Shown: positions 1 through 10,748 of the stretch, piece after piece | Layout: every line of letters starts with the position of its first letter | Position numbering within the stretch: the first letter of the stretch is position 1 | Source of the DNA: a virus | Taxonomy: Duplodnaviria > Caudoviricetes | Virus record (IMG/VR): IMGVR_UViG_3300027770_002684 | Span: 1-53,524 of that record | Strand: one strand, 5' to 3' | Length of the DNA: 53,524 bases | Made by a program: the position numbers and the translations under genes | Notes under the pieces: generated by a model | What the model was told of the DNA's origin: nothing | Databases searched by the model: none | What the model saw: only the letters and a program-made list of their open reading frames with translations

Positions 1-1
1 A

Positions 2-3000
2 CGGATTGTTCACTGTAAAATTAACTCTAACCTGATTGTTAGGTAAACTGACTTTATCTGAACTGTTTATAACGCAAATTGGCAAGGATGGCACAAGGCC
101 AGGGTAGGCTGTAGTCTGTACAGTGGTATCTGGGAATGTTAATCCACCATCTGTGCCAAAGGTCCAGGTGCTGGTAGTTCCGTTGTTGATTTTCAATTCA
201 ATGTCATTATCAGATGTTATTGCTGTTTGGCCAAGCTCTGCGAATATCACACCAGTAAAGTCGGTAGTGGTAGATTGTCCTTGATTGTTACTCCAACTAA
301 AAACCATCGATCCGGGGCCCGAAGCGTTATTCCATTGTAATCTTATAGGATAAAACTCATCTGCTGTTAACGATGTTGTAGTACTGCCCTCGTCATACAT
401 GGGTATACTTATATTAGCATTTCCGGCAGTGTATCCTGTTAGTGCGTTTGGTCCAATCCAGAATCTTCCACTATCATCGGCAAACATTGTAAATGTGTAA
501 GTACCTGTGGCCGGTGCCTTGAAGTATCCCGCATATTGGAAACTATAATCAGCACCACCTACCAAGGTATCATCGTAGCTTTCACTCATTGTTGTTGCGA
601 TACCCGTTTCAATTACTGTGGCAGTTGAATACCAGTTTACATCATATGCCGCTGAACCCGTGTATTTTGTTCTTGTTATACCCGGTGTTGGTACAGTGTC
701 AAGAATAGTGCCACCGTGTGGTAGTGTTAGTGTACCATCTGTGCCAAAGGTCCAGGTAGATGTTGAACTGCTGATATCAGTCTTTAATATAACAGTAGCA
801 GTCGACATTATTAAAGGAGTTTCTATTGCTCCAACTGTAACACCTTTGGTGCTATCTAATGGTTTCTGATATGTAATATCAAAGTTAACACCATAATCTC
901 CAGTGAATGCTGTATACTCAATATCTAAATTGTATTGGTTGGTGAAATTACCGGTATTGAAATTATTTGAAGCGGTGTCATTACTGGACAAACTACTAGA
1001 ACCACCACCGAGCCATGCTGTAGTCTGGGTCGAAGTATCCGGGAATGTTAGTGTACCATCTGCGCCAAATACCCAAGTTGCTGGATTAGTTCCTGTACTG
1101 GCCACAATAGAAACATCAGTGCCTGTGCCACCGCCTTTGATAATAGGAGTAGCCGCCGGTAGTGTTAGTATACCATCAGTGCCAAATGTCCAAGTGCTGG
1201 TTGTAGCAGTTGTGGCAGTTTCAATGTAGACATTAGGATCTGTGCCGCTTCCCAGGATTGTACTTGCTGTGCTTAATGTTAAGACACCATCTGTGCCAAA
1301 TGTCCAGGTACTAGTACCTGTTGTTATACTATCAATAGTGGTAATGTTCACAGAATCTGTTAATTTAACAATGCTACTCAAAACACCATCGCCGCCCGAT
1401 ATAACAGTTTGAGTAGTATCGGCAAAAATACCATTAACTGTGTAGTAAGCGTTAAGCGTTCCTAATACAGTAATCCAATCTTTTGATACTGATGTTCCAC
1501 CATCCTGTGTAAATCCAATACTGATCAGTCCAGTAGTTGTACTGACAGAAATAGTATACATACTATCTATATGAGGAGTTTGACTAACCATACCGCTGAA
1601 GTTAACATCTCCATACTGGGCATAATTAAATCCTTCTACACCAGCGTAGGTTAATCCAGATTCAATTTCACCTACCTTGTTGTATATGCTACGGAATTCA
1701 CCGTAGCCGGATTCCATATAGATTTCACTATTAACAACAGTTGATGTTGATACCGTAACTGATGTACCAAACTCTGCACTATTAGCAACGCCAACACCGC
1801 CTGAATTTAATTTAGACTCAAGTGGCATGTTTAAGTTGTCATTATCAAATGTATAGTTGCCAATATTAGCAGCACCGCCACCTAAACCATCTAAAATGTT
1901 AGTTCCGGTGCTGTTTTTAATAACACCACCTTCAGGCAATGTTAAACTACCATCTTTATCAAACACCCATTGTCTGCTTGGGTTAGGTCCACCGTCATTG
2001 TATGCTGTGATATAAAGTTGACCACCTGTATTGGCAGTAACACAGGAAGAATAATTTCCAGTAGAGTAAAAACTGGTTACGCTTACATTACTTCCGAGAC
2101 CGCCATCCAGCATGGTTCCACCTTTGGGATCTATAGCACCTAAACGACCATTGGTTGGTAGTGTTAGTTCTCCATCTGTGCCAAATGTCCAAGTGCTGTT
2201 CGAAACAGTTGAATAAGTCCCAACAACAATATTGCCAATTTCAGTATCCCCGGGGTAAGCCGCATCTTTACGTTGAATCTTCACATACTGTTCATCATCG
2301 CCCAAGAATAAGTCAACTGTGGCAACATTGCCTGCGGTGATGTGTATGTGATCGTCATCGTTGAATGTTGGATATATTTTCACCGCCATATCGGGATTAG
2401 TTCCTGGATCAGCATATGGTGTTAGTAAAATGCCAACTGTAGGATCCCTAATGCCGTCGTCAACAGTCACTTCGCTGATAGTGCCACCTTGTGGTAATGT
2501 CAGTGTGCCGGTTGAACCAAACACCCACTCATGTGAGGTTCCAGTTGTAGCATTCCTTATTTGTAAACCATTGGGACCGACAAATGCCCAATTATATACA
2601 TCAGGACCGTCTGCGATGTCGTTGATGGTTACTACACTGGTATCAGGAACCCACATCAATTGTGCATAAGTTTCGCTGGTTAAACTTACACCTGTATTTA
2701 GATCATGTTTTCCTGTGATAGAAGTTACACCTCCTGCACCGGGTCCATCAAAGAGGCCTTCTTGTAATGTAGAATATTCAAAACTAGCACCTACCCCAAT
2801 GCGTTCCACAGGTTCCCTCAATCTCTGTATGTTTAAAAAATTATCAGGATCTGGACCAGATGGAACATCAATACTAATCACATTCATTACCCTGGTATCA
2901 GTAGCAAGGGTTCCTGTATTGACGGTTAAGGTAGTATTACCAACATCAAAGTATGTATTAAACAATTCCCATTCGCCGCGAGCAAATACATCCCCATCTG

Positions 3001-5956
3001 TAGTTGTTTGTAAAATATAACCAAGAGCGGTATTAATATCAGGATTTGGTCCATCTCCACCGGCTAAGTTTACGCTGCCACCACCGATAGCAATCTTGCC
3101 GTCTCTAACTGATAATGATGATCCATTAATCGAAGTACCAAATGTATCAATTACAGCACCTGGCCATACAACGGTGGCTGATGATGTAGATTGATCAGTG
3201 ATCTGTCTCCTTAATCCTCTTTGCCATCTTATAGAACCCGAACTGCTGACGGAAGATACAAAAGTGTTATAGACTATATTAACACCATTAGTATCAACAG
3301 TGGTAGAATTCAAATAAACATTACCATCGGTATCTATATCTAATGCCGCCGTGTATTGGTCAACACATTCAGCACTAAGTGTTAAATTCCAGTCAACAGT
3401 TTCGCCATTGGGTGACATCTTTATCAAGATTGCAGATGCTCCAAAGTCAGAATCTTGACTAAACAACACATATATATTTCCAGACGGATCAACTACAGCA
3501 TCTGCACCGTTAGCATTCCATCCACTCCAGTTACTATCATAGATTTCTTTTTGCCATTGTAATATACCACTTACATCGTATTTGGCAACTAACAATAAGT
3601 TGCTACCGCTGCCTCCATCATGGTTAGTAGTTCCTACAACGATAATTTCATTATCCGGACCAACGGCCATACCCCATGCATCGTCATCATATACTGAATC
3701 ACCAAGTTGATGTTGCCATAGAATTGTACCTGTGCTGGAGAATTTGGCCACAAACATATCGTGATTAGTGTACGAATCTACTCCCACAATTACAGGGCAA
3801 TCATCACTTCCAACATCTACCACATAACCTTCAAATCCATCTAATCCTGTTTGCCATATATTTTCACCTGTGCTACTGTCTAACTTAGACAACCATACAC
3901 CTGATCCGTACACATGACCTGCTACATAAATGTCATCATTACTATCTACAGCCACACCCCATCCGTCAACACTGGTACTGGTAGAGTAGATTCTTTCCCA
4001 TACTGTAGCACCTGCAGAATCGAATTTAACGATTCCTGTATAATTAGGTCCATACGCCTCATGATGAACAGATGCTACGATATTATTTTGACTATCATGC
4101 TGTACCGATGATACGCCAAGAACATAGGAGTATCCCTCTGTATTGGCCTGCATGTAGTCTAACCATCTGTTATTATCAACACCCAAATAGGCTGTGGTCT
4201 GTACACTGCTATCTGGGAATGTCATGCTACCATCTGTGCCAAAACGCCAGTTCTTTGAATTGCCACCATCTCTATCGTGTGCGTTAATCTCTACACCGTA
4301 ATCGTATTGTCCCAATGTACCAGGTAATTTAACATAGTTGTAATCGTCGCCTAGGAACAGGTCACTATCTGGTGGATAAACATTACTTTCGTCAAAGGCA
4401 ATATGGAAGTGTCCTGCCACTCCTGGACCTTCCATATTATTACCAAGAGCAAGAGTTCCTCTATCGGTTTCAATTAGCATTCCCGAAGTAATTGCAATCT
4501 TACCGCCGTCTGGTAGTGTTAATGCTCCATCAGAACCTAATATTACACTGTAACTACCTGTGGTTAATCTATCACCTGCGTTAGCAGCAGCGATGATTGG
4601 CATACCATCAACTAACAATGTACCATTAGCACTAACACTCAATGGTGTTCCACCAATGTAGATAGTACCGGTACTGACATACAAGGACTTCCACTGTCTT
4701 TCAGCAGAGCCAAGATCATACAAGTTATTGTATTCAGGTAGTAGATCGCCGCCCATATACATAGTCGCTGTGGAATCTACGGTGCTGATGGTCGTGCCAT
4801 CTACTATCAATCCATCTAAGTATGTGCTAACAGGTGGAACTAACGGTGGACTTAAATCAACCCAGTTGTTTTCATATTTGATATAAGCACGACCATCTTC
4901 GGCATTGAACCACAATAGTCCATCTACTCTGGTAGGTGCTGTGCTGGTTGTCGCTACAAATATAAGAGAACCATTGGCATCTTGTATATCACCTGGGATA
5001 TTCAAGTTACCATCTGCGCCAAATTCCCAAATGTAGTCTGCTGTAGGCCCAGAGGATAATCCCGTTAATATTTGTACGGTGCCAGTAGTTGATGAGAATG
5101 GACTATTGACAATTACTGCCGCAAGTTGTGTACTTGTTGTTCCTAAATTTTCAAAGTTGTCTACCCATTGTAAAGCACCTGCACCGCCTGCGCCTTGAGT
5201 AACAACACCTAACAAAGTACCGGTACTGCCTATAATAAAATCCTGCATACCTCCGCCACCAATATCTCCAATACGAGTATTGCCGCTAGGTAATGTTAGT
5301 ACACCATCTTTACCAAAACTCCAAAGATTTGTCACATCTGTACCAATCTGTACACCCACGTTGGTCAAAGTTGAATCATAGGGTAACTTGACATAGTTAA
5401 GGTCATCACCAAAGAATAGATCTACAGTGGTAGGGTCATCACGCATTATGTGGAAATGTGATGCGGCGGTAGGAACACATTGTTCAGGAGTATTACCAAA
5501 CAATACTGTGCCACGGTCAGTGGTCAATGCTATACCATTACCACCTGAAGTGTCGCCGGTTATATAAGTCTCGTTAACATAACTACCAATATCCCAAGAT
5601 CCATCATCGTTAAAGAATAAATGATTTCTTGGTACTTGTACATCAAATGTAGTTGTAGTCAATGTAACATCGATTGGACAACCATTACCTTGTGATGTTA
5701 AATTCCAACTCGTTGAGGTACTGGCGGATCCTGTATAACCTATACTACCTGCGGATCCTGTATAACCTATACTACCGGTGTATCCAATACTACCTGTATA
5801 CCCAATATCACCTTGACTACCAGCATATCCAAATCCGGCAATCTCACCAGTGGCAACTGCTCTAAAGTTGTGATTAACCTTATTAAATGCTGATCTTAAA
5901 CTATCACCATCTCCTGAGTTGGCATTTGAACCGGTGTTGATATATAATATTGTCAT
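2..5956 (-). CDS. Giant tail fibre/adhesin, 3'-truncated (>1985 aa)
   Basis: ATG at 5956 gives MTILYINTGSNANSGDGDSLRSAFNKVNHNF (T4 gp9/gp10-like N-terminal motif), then GYTGS repeats and many WxFGxDGxLTxP repeats. The frame still reads sensibly at the left edge. It is absent from the ORF track, consistent with no stop codon in the window. Confidence 0.9.
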   Translation of the reverse strand, partial: MTILYINTGSNANSGDGDSLRSAFNKVNHNFRAVATGEIAGFGYAGSQGDIGYTGSIGYTGSIGYTGSAGSIGYTGSASTSTSWNLTSQGNGCPIDVTLTTTTFDVQVPRNHLFFNDDGSWDIGSYVNETYITGDTSGGNGIALTTDRGTVLFGNTPEQCVPTAASHFHIMRDDPTTVDLFFGDDLNYVKLPYDSTLTNVGVQIGTDVTNLWSFGKDGVLTLPSGNTRIGDIGGGGMQDFIIGSTGTLLGVVTQGAGGAGALQWVDNFENLGTTSTQLAAVIVNSPFSSTTGTVQILTGLSSGPTADYIWEFGADGNLNIPGDIQDANGSLIFVATTSTAPTRVDGLLWFNAEDGRAYIKYENNWVDLSPPLVPPVSTYLDGLIVDGTTISTVDSTATMYMGGDLLPEYNNLYDLGSAERQWKSLYVSTGTIYIGGTPLSVSANGTLLVDGMPIIAAANAGDRLTTGSYSVILGSDGALTLPDGGKIAITSGMLIETDRGTLALGNNMEGPGVAGHFHIAFDESNVYPPDSDLFLGDDYNYVKLPGTLGQYDYGVEINAHDRDGGNSKNWRFGTDGSMTFPDSSVQTTAYLGVDNNRWLDYMQANTEGYSYVLGVSSVQHDSQNNIVASVHHEAYGPNYTGIVKFDSAGATVWERIYSTSTSVDGWGVAVDSNDDIYVAGHVYGSGVWLSKLDSSTGENIWQTGLDGFEGYVVDVGSDDCPVIVGVDSYTNHDMFVAKFSSTGTILWQHQLGDSVYDDDAWGMAVGPDNEIIVVGTTNHDGGSGSNLLLVAKYDVSGILQWQKEIYDSNWSGWNANGADAVVDPSGNIYVLFSQDSDFGASAILIKMSPNGETVDWNLTLSAECVDQYTAALDIDTDGNVYLNSTTVDTNGVNIVYNTFVSSVSSSGSIRWQRGLRRQITDQSTSSATVVWPGAVIDTFGTSINGSSLSVRDGKIAIGGGSVNLAGGDGPNPDINTALGYILQTTTDGDVFARGEWELFNTYFDVGNTTLTVNTGTLATDTRVMNVISIDVPSGPDPDNFLNIQRLREPVERIGVGASFEYSTLQEGLFDGPGAGGVTSITGKHDLNTGVSLTSETYAQLMWVPDTSVVTINDIADGPDVYNWAFVGPNGLQIRNATTGTSHEWVFGSTGTLTLPQGGTISEVTVDDGIRDPTVGILLTPYADPGTNPDMAVKIYPTFNDDDHIHITAGNVATVDLFLGDDEQYVKIQRKDAAYPGDTEIGNIVVGTYSTVSNSTWTFGTDGELTLPTNGRLGAIDPKGGTMLDGGLGSNVSVTSFYSTGNYSSCVTANTGGQLYITAYNDGGPNPSRQWVFDKDGSLTLPEGGVIKNSTGTNILDGLGGGAANIGNYTFDNDNLNMPLESKLNSGGVGVANSAEFGTSVTVSTSTVVNSEIYMESGYGEFRSIYNKVGEIESGLTYAGVEGFNYAQYGDVNFSGMVSQTPHIDSMYTISVSTTTGLISIGFTQDGGTSVSKDWITVLGTLNAYYTVNGIFADTTQTVISGGDGVLSSIVKLTDSVNITTIDSITTGTSTWTFGTDGVLTLSTASTILGSGTDPNVYIETATTATTSTWTFGTDGILTLPAATPIIKGGGTGTDVSIVASTGTNPATWVFGADGTLTFPDTSTQTTAWLGGGSSSLSSNDTASNNFNTGNFTNQYNLDIEYTAFTGDYGVNFDITYQKPLDSTKGVTVGAIETPLIMSTATVILKTDISSSTSTWTFGTDGTLTLPHGGTILDTVPTPGITRTKYTGSAAYDVNWYSTATVIETGIATTMSESYDDTLVGGADYSFQYAGYFKAPATGTYTFTMFADDSGRFWIGPNALTGYTAGNANISIPMYDEGSTTTSLTADEFYPIRLQWNNASGPGSMVFSWSNNQGQSTTTDFTGVIFAELGQTAITSDNDIELKINNGTTSTWTFGTDGGLTFPDTTVQTTAYPGLVPSLPICVINSSDKVSLPNNQVRVNFTVNNP

Positions 5957-6030
5957 GTTGAATTCCTGATTAGACTGATGTCGTTATGGGTATTTAGTTT
6001 GGATTTTTGTAATCCGAATGTAAATAACTC

Positions 6031-6309
6031 ATGTTGATAGAAATTAAAAAAATCACCACCACACATACCAGAAACAGTAAACTAAAAAATGCACACCCTT
6101 ATAGTAGAGTCAAGACAGTGGCTGTACTACAATGCGACAACTGCAAGTCCTTGTTTGAAAGAGAGCAAGGACAAATGGATCATCGTAGAGTCAGTACACA
6201 ATACTATCATGTTTGTCCTAATTGTAATCCAAAACAATTTGCCCAGAAGAAGGGTGTAGAACGTAGACAGTTTTGGAATACACCGGTGGACAGCGATATT
6301 AAAATTTAG
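6031..6309 (+). CDS. Small Zn-ribbon protein
   Basis: CDNC...CPNC; TAAATA just upstream. Confidence 0.7.
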   Translation: MLIEIKKITTTHTRNSKLKNAHPYSRVKTVAVLQCDNCKSLFEREQGQMDHRRVSTQYYHVCPNCNPKQFAQKKGVERRQFWNTPVDSDIKI

Positions 6310-6310
6310 G

Positions 6311-6339
6311 TTGCTACTTTTACCTTTTCATGTTATAAT
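6311..6339 (+). promoter_or_regulatory. sigma70-like promoter
   Basis: TTGCTA-17-TATAAT; TATAAATA also at 6357-6364. Confidence 0.55.
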
Positions 6340-6371
6340 ATGTGATAGTTTAACCATATAAATACACTATT

Positions 6372-6884
6372 ATGTCAGCCACACTTATACTTAACGCAGA
6401 CGCTGCACCAATCTCCGTGCTTCCACTGAGTGTGATCACTTGGGAAGTTGCTATTCAATACATGGTATTAGATAAAGCCACGGTTCTGGAATGGTATGAC
6501 GATTGGATCGTACATAGTGCAACATGGGAAACTCCTGTGCCTGCTGTTATGATCTTAAAGGAATACCAAAAGAAGAAAGTTTCTGTTCGCTTTAGCAAAC
6601 AGAATGTATTCCTGCGTGACTTGTTCAAATGCCAATACTGCGGTGACGATGTCAGTCGTAAAACTGCCACATTGGATCATGTATTGCCGACCAGCCACGG
6701 TGGTAAGACCACTTACGAAAACTGTGTTTGCGCCTGTGCTCGTTGCAATGCTAACAAGGGTAACGACAAGCGGATCGTTCCAAAGGTCAAGCCATTCAAG
6801 CCAACATACTTCCAATTAGTCGACAAGCGGAAGAAGATGAAGTTTGATGTGCGTCACCCAAGTTGGGCGGCATACTTAGAATAA
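6372..6884 (+). CDS. HNH endonuclease (McrA-like)
   Basis: RD..CQYC...TLDHVLP..GG...N..CAC..CN..K. Confidence 0.9.
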   Translation: MSATLILNADAAPISVLPLSVITWEVAIQYMVLDKATVLEWYDDWIVHSATWETPVPAVMILKEYQKKKVSVRFSKQNVFLRDLFKCQYCGDDVSRKTATLDHVLPTSHGGKTTYENCVCACARCNANKGNDKRIVPKVKPFKPTYFQLVDKRKKMKFDVRHPSWAAYLE

Positions 6885-6885
6885 G

Positions 6886-6908
6886 AAAGCCCCGGAAGGG
6901 GCTTTTTT
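6886..6908 (+). terminator. Intrinsic terminator between convergent genes
   Basis: AAAGCCCC-GGAA-GGGGCTTT followed by T run. Confidence 0.85.
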
Positions 6909-6909
6909 A

Positions 6910-7158
6910 TTATCCGAACTTTAATAGAAACATTAGGTATTTTTTGTCATCGACTATATAGTAGTCATCTGATATCATACCATGTTCCATAATGGGTTTT
7001 ATTCCCCACTGTTGTTCTAACCAGCGGTGTGGCTTTATGCCCCCGGGAAGGTCTCGGCATGCTGCGCGAATCCTACGCCAATATTCATTACGCTTACGAT
7101 GAAAATCCAGCGTTCCGGCCGTACTGTCCATGCCATCGTACACAGTAAATCTGGTCAT
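6910..7158 (-). CDS. Hypothetical protein
   Basis: Coupled to infA; C-terminal IVDDKKYLMFLLKFG. Confidence 0.7.
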   Translation of the reverse strand: MTRFTVYDGMDSTAGTLDFHRKRNEYWRRIRAACRDLPGGIKPHRWLEQQWGIKPIMEHGMISDDYYIVDDKKYLMFLLKFG

Positions 7159-7379
7159 TAGCGTTCTCTATAGGTAATCCGGCACTTTGATAAATCGTAA
7201 GGACTTAGTTCGCATCGAACTCGATCGCCCAATAGTATTTGGATCTTGTTCTTTCTCATACGACCGCTGATATGACCCAATACCAATGCGGTGTTTTCTA
7301 ATCTAATTCGAAACATTGCGCCCGGTAAAACTTCTTCTACCGCGCCATCCATTTCAATCGTGTCGTCCTGTTTAGCCAC
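7158..7379 (-). CDS. infA: Translation initiation factor IF-1
   Basis: IEMDG.VEEVLP.AMFRI.LEN...[25 protein letters not shown]...RITYR. Confidence 0.96.
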   Translation of the reverse strand: MAKQDDTIEMDGAVEEVLPGAMFRIRLENTALVLGHISGRMRKNKIQILLGDRVRCELSPYDLSKCRITYRER

Positions 7380-7380
7380 T

Positions 7381-7623
7381 TTAAACCTTCTCTCCTTTTA
7401 AACCTTTGATTACCAATTCTTTGGCACGTTTGTCTAACGCATTGTCTTCTACTGTATGCATCTGCCGGGTCATTGACTTTACAAAATCAATCATAACCAG
7501 TGTGCCTTTTTCAGTCCAATGACTGTAGTCAGCACCAACACTACTACGATAATAAAAATCTTTATTATTCATCAGTTCGTTAATACCTCCGTACATGAGA
7601 TCTTTTATTACAACTTTTTCCAT
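7381..7623 (-). CDS. Hypothetical protein
   Basis: Start moved to ATG 7623 (MEKVV) directly after the ligase stop. Confidence 0.7.
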   Translation of the reverse strand: MEKVVIKDLMYGGINELMNNKDFYYRSSVGADYSHWTEKGTLVMIDFVKSMTRQMHTVEDNALDKRAKELVIKGLKGEKV

Positions 7624-7624
7624 A

Positions 7625-8938
7625 TTAAATCTTCTCGCCAGCCGCAAACCCACGGAATCGGAGAAAACGCGGGAAACGCAACGAATAAGTCCCATCTTGA
7701 TTTTGTGTAATAGCATCTGCTCTTACTTCCACAATTTGGCCAGTAAGATTATCACGGTTAGCCCAAAACTCACTTCGATCATCGTCGCTAAGACCGCTAC
7801 CAACATTGACTGTAATCTGTCTTCCGTCGTCGACCCCTGAACACACAAGGGCGCCCAGTCGTCCCGCATTTTTGCCAGTACCTTCTTCAACATCTGTGAT
7901 CTCCAAACTTACTTCAATAAATGGTTTCATCTTGAGCCAACTAACGGTACGCTTAGATTCGTAAGGTGCGTCCACGCTTTTGATCATGATGCCCTCAAAC
8001 CCTGCTTCAATGGCTTCTTTGTTGTATTCTTTGAATTCCAACTCACCAACATAGCTGTCCAAATCTACTTCCTTTTGCGGAATGATATCCAGATAGCCAA
8101 CCTTGTCAAATACAGGTTTCATTGTGCGGAGTAAATTGCTACGGCGTTTCTGACCCATGCTGCTTTCACCACGTTGGAACTCACTGAGAGGCAACATGTC
8201 AAACACCATCAAACGTGCATCTTCACTGTTGACATCACTCTTGCGATGCACCTGCTTCATCAATGCTTGGAAACTTGAACTAACCATTTCGCCATCAATG
8301 ACGCAACTACGATCAAACAACTCAATGTTGGCTTCGATAGCCTGTGTGATGTGGCTGAAGTTTTCCAGTAGTGTGCCATTGCGGCTGTACATTACTGCTG
8401 TTTTGTTTTCAGCATTGACTACAGTAATAACACGGACACCGTCCAGTTTGGGTTCCAGCAGTTTCTTACCTGTGATCTTCTTCTCATGTTTAGCACCATC
8501 ATGTGCCAACATGCATTCAAATACAGGAATAGTGAATTGTGGATAGGTTTTCTTGCAAACTCGATTTACTGTACCTTCAGTAAAGCCTGCTCGCATGTCT
8601 TTGATTAGAATACGACGATACCAATCGTTCCATTGGTTTTGTTTACTTGTAGTCAATGCAAGTTCGATTGCATCACGGGCGTCGTGTCCTGTAAGTTGTC
8701 TTGTTGCCAGCAGATGGGCAAGTTCTTTAAAGGCTACCCACGGTAGTCCTTGTCCATCTGGACCGCTATGTGAGGGCACTTTCTTTACACCAAATGTGAT
8801 AAGAGGATCATAGCACATACGCAACCCTTCAAACAATTCAGTATTGTTTGATTTGGCTTCGGCTTCAATGATACCTTCTTTGTTTAGTCGGCTGGGATGA
8901 TCTTCCAAAATCCGGATAATGCTATCGCAATCGCTCAT
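7625..8938 (-). CDS. ATP-dependent DNA ligase
   Basis: EPKLDGVR, IDGEM, VFDML, EGIMIK, WLKMK, C-terminal OB fold SLRFPRF. Confidence 0.96.
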   Translation of the reverse strand: MSDCDSIIRILEDHPSRLNKEGIIEAEAKSNNTELFEGLRMCYDPLITFGVKKVPSHSGPDGQGLPWVAFKELAHLLATRQLTGHDARDAIELALTTSKQNQWNDWYRRILIKDMRAGFTEGTVNRVCKKTYPQFTIPVFECMLAHDGAKHEKKITGKKLLEPKLDGVRVITVVNAENKTAVMYSRNGTLLENFSHITQAIEANIELFDRSCVIDGEMVSSSFQALMKQVHRKSDVNSEDARLMVFDMLPLSEFQRGESSMGQKRRSNLLRTMKPVFDKVGYLDIIPQKEVDLDSYVGELEFKEYNKEAIEAGFEGIMIKSVDAPYESKRTVSWLKMKPFIEVSLEITDVEEGTGKNAGRLGALVCSGVDDGRQITVNVGSGLSDDDRSEFWANRDNLTGQIVEVRADAITQNQDGTYSLRFPRFLRFRGFAAGEKI

Positions 8939-8971
8939 ATATTCATCATGTGAAGTGGTTGTAATGCGTTA

Positions 8972-9000
8972 ATTATACAGTGTTTTACCAATGGTGTCAA
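8972..9000 (-). promoter_or_regulatory. Early-type sigma70 promoter of ligase operon
   Basis: Minus strand GGTTGACA-ccattggtaaaacactg-TATAAT; same TGGTAAAAC spacer family as the 45-53 kb promoters. Confidence 0.85.
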
Positions 9001-9006
9001 CCTCGT

Positions 9007-9330
9007 TTAGACCGAAAAACTGCTACCACATCCACAGGTAGTTTGAGCATTTGGATTATTCACTACAAAATTACTACCGGTTAAATCTTCTTTGTAATCA
9101 ACGGTGGATCCAGATAGATATTGCATACTCATAGCGTCGATTAATACCAACCCATCTGTTCCATCTATTATGAAGTCATCTTCGTTTTGTTCGTCGTCCA
9201 AAGTAAATCCATAACTCATACCAGAGCAGCCACCTCCCTGTACAAATGCACGAACTCTGGTGCCCGGGTTGTTTTCCTCTGCTATGATATCTTTGATCTT
9301 GTATATTGCGTTTGGAGTTAATGTAATCAT
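9007..9330 (-). CDS. erpA: A-type Fe-S carrier (ErpA/IscA)
   Basis: GGGCSG.SYGF...[12 protein letters not shown]; start taken at MITLT. Confidence 0.92.
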   Translation of the reverse strand: MITLTPNAIYKIKDIIAEENNPGTRVRAFVQGGGCSGMSYGFTLDDEQNEDDFIIDGTDGLVLIDAMSMQYLSGSTVDYKEDLTGSNFVVNNPNAQTTCGCGSSFSV

Positions 9331-9356
9331 ATTGTTATTTACACATTTAAGCACCC

Positions 9357-9364
9357 TATAAATA
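9357..9364 (+). promoter_or_regulatory. T4-type late promoter motif
   Basis: TATAAATA 9 nt before ATG 9374. Confidence 0.6.
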
Positions 9365-9373
9365 GATTTAAAT

Positions 9374-9910
9374 ATGCATATGATTGTTCACAACATCAAA
9401 GATCTCTCCAATTCTCATGTAATCAAACTCTTAGAAGACGGATTACGAAATGTCTCAAAAGATCATCTTTTGGAGAATTATCATCCAAATAATAAACACA
9501 ACTCCGCCAATCTTTTTTATTTACTAGAAAATAGACGTTTTCTAAATGGCAACTATTATGTGTTAGAGGATAAAAATGGAGAGTATGCAGGTAGTGCAGG
9601 GTGGAATCAGTTCAATGATGAAATTGCCCTAGGATTGGTTCGTACATACATCATTCCCAAGTATAGAGCACAATATCTCATGGTTCAACATTTTCTTCCT
9701 GCTATATTAGAAGAAACCAAAAATTTTAAAAAAGTTTGGCTAACATTTAATGAATACAATAAAAAAATTTATGATATTATTGTACTTATGAATCAGGGAA
9801 AATCTATTTCCTGGCCTAATGAATATAAGAAATTTTCTCCTATCGGCACAAAATTAGTATATAACACGTTGCAATATGTAGTAGAATATCAGCATGCCAA
9901 CAAAAAATAA
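9374..9910 (+). CDS. GNAT-fold-like protein
   Basis: [14 protein letters not shown]...[11 protein letters not shown]...N pattern resembles GNAT motif A. Confidence 0.55.
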   Translation: MHMIVHNIKDLSNSHVIKLLEDGLRNVSKDHLLENYHPNNKHNSANLFYLLENRRFLNGNYYVLEDKNGEYAGSAGWNQFNDEIALGLVRTYIIPKYRAQYLMVQHFLPAILEETKNFKKVWLTFNEYNKKIYDIIVLMNQGKSISWPNEYKKFSPIGTKLVYNTLQYVVEYQHANKK

Positions 9911-10748
9911 AATAAACACATTTCTATATTACGTGCTATATCCAGTCCACATAACAGTATGGCTTGGGGTAGCATCTTGGTGGTATTTTTTTGATTTTTC
10001 TCTGTTTAACTTGTTGTGTTTAATATTTGGGTGGATTTTAATTGAAGGTATTGGAGTAGCCGTAGTTCTTCATAGATATGTCAGTCACAAAGCATTTATA
10101 GAGCACAGGGGTATTAAACCCATACTGCTGTGGCTAGCTTCTATTAGTCTACAAGGCAGTCCTTTGGGATGGGCTGCAATTCACAGAGGCTCTCATCACA
10201 AATATGCTGACACTGACAAGGATGCACATACTCCTACTAAAGGTTGGTTTTATTCTTGGCACATGTGGTTACACGACTGGGATCAATACTTTAATCCCAA
10301 ATTTGTTATTGACTTGCTTAGGGATCCTATGCATATTTGGTTTGCAAAATATTATATCCACATCATAGTAGTAACATATATAATTGTTGGAGTAGTCAGT
10401 TGGGAATTGTTATTTTGGGGATTTATGGTTCCGGCTGTTATTAGTCTGTATCAAGAAAGTAACATTAACCTATTTTGTCATTCAAGTAAATTTAAATTTG
10501 GCTATAGAAATTTTAACACCAAAGACAACAGTCGAAATATTACTGCATTGGCTTGGATTACATGGGGCCAAGGGTGGCATAACAACCACCACGAAAAAGC
10601 TAGTTCATACGATTTTGGAACAACTGTTAGTGGAAAGACAACCGAGTTTGATACTTCCTTAATTCTTTTACCATTAGTTGCAACAAAAGCCAGTAGGGAA
10701 AAAATTTACAAAGAAAGAAATATTACATCAAATGATGTCATTTCCTAA
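9894..10748 (+). CDS. Membrane fatty-acid desaturase (delta-9-like)
   Basis: His boxes HRYVSH, HRGSHH, HNNHH; hydrophobic segments. Confidence 0.92.
   Translation: MPTKNKINTFLYYVLYPVHITVWLGVASWWYFFDFSLFNLLCLIFGWILIEGIGVAVVLHRYVSHKAFIEHRGIKPILLWLASISLQGSPLGWAAIHRGSHHKYADTDKDAHTPTKGWFYSWHMWLHDWDQYFNPKFVIDLLRDPMHIWFAKYYIHIIVVTYIIVGVVSWELLFWGFMVPAVISLYQESNINLFCHSSKFKFGYRNFNTKDNSRNITALAWITWGQGWHNNHHEKASSYDFGTTVSGKTTEFDTSLILLPLVATKASREKIYKERNITSNDVIS

Noticed and set aside
618-5865. Plus-strand ORFs in the track
   Set aside because: Antisense shadows of the giant minus-strand fibre gene.
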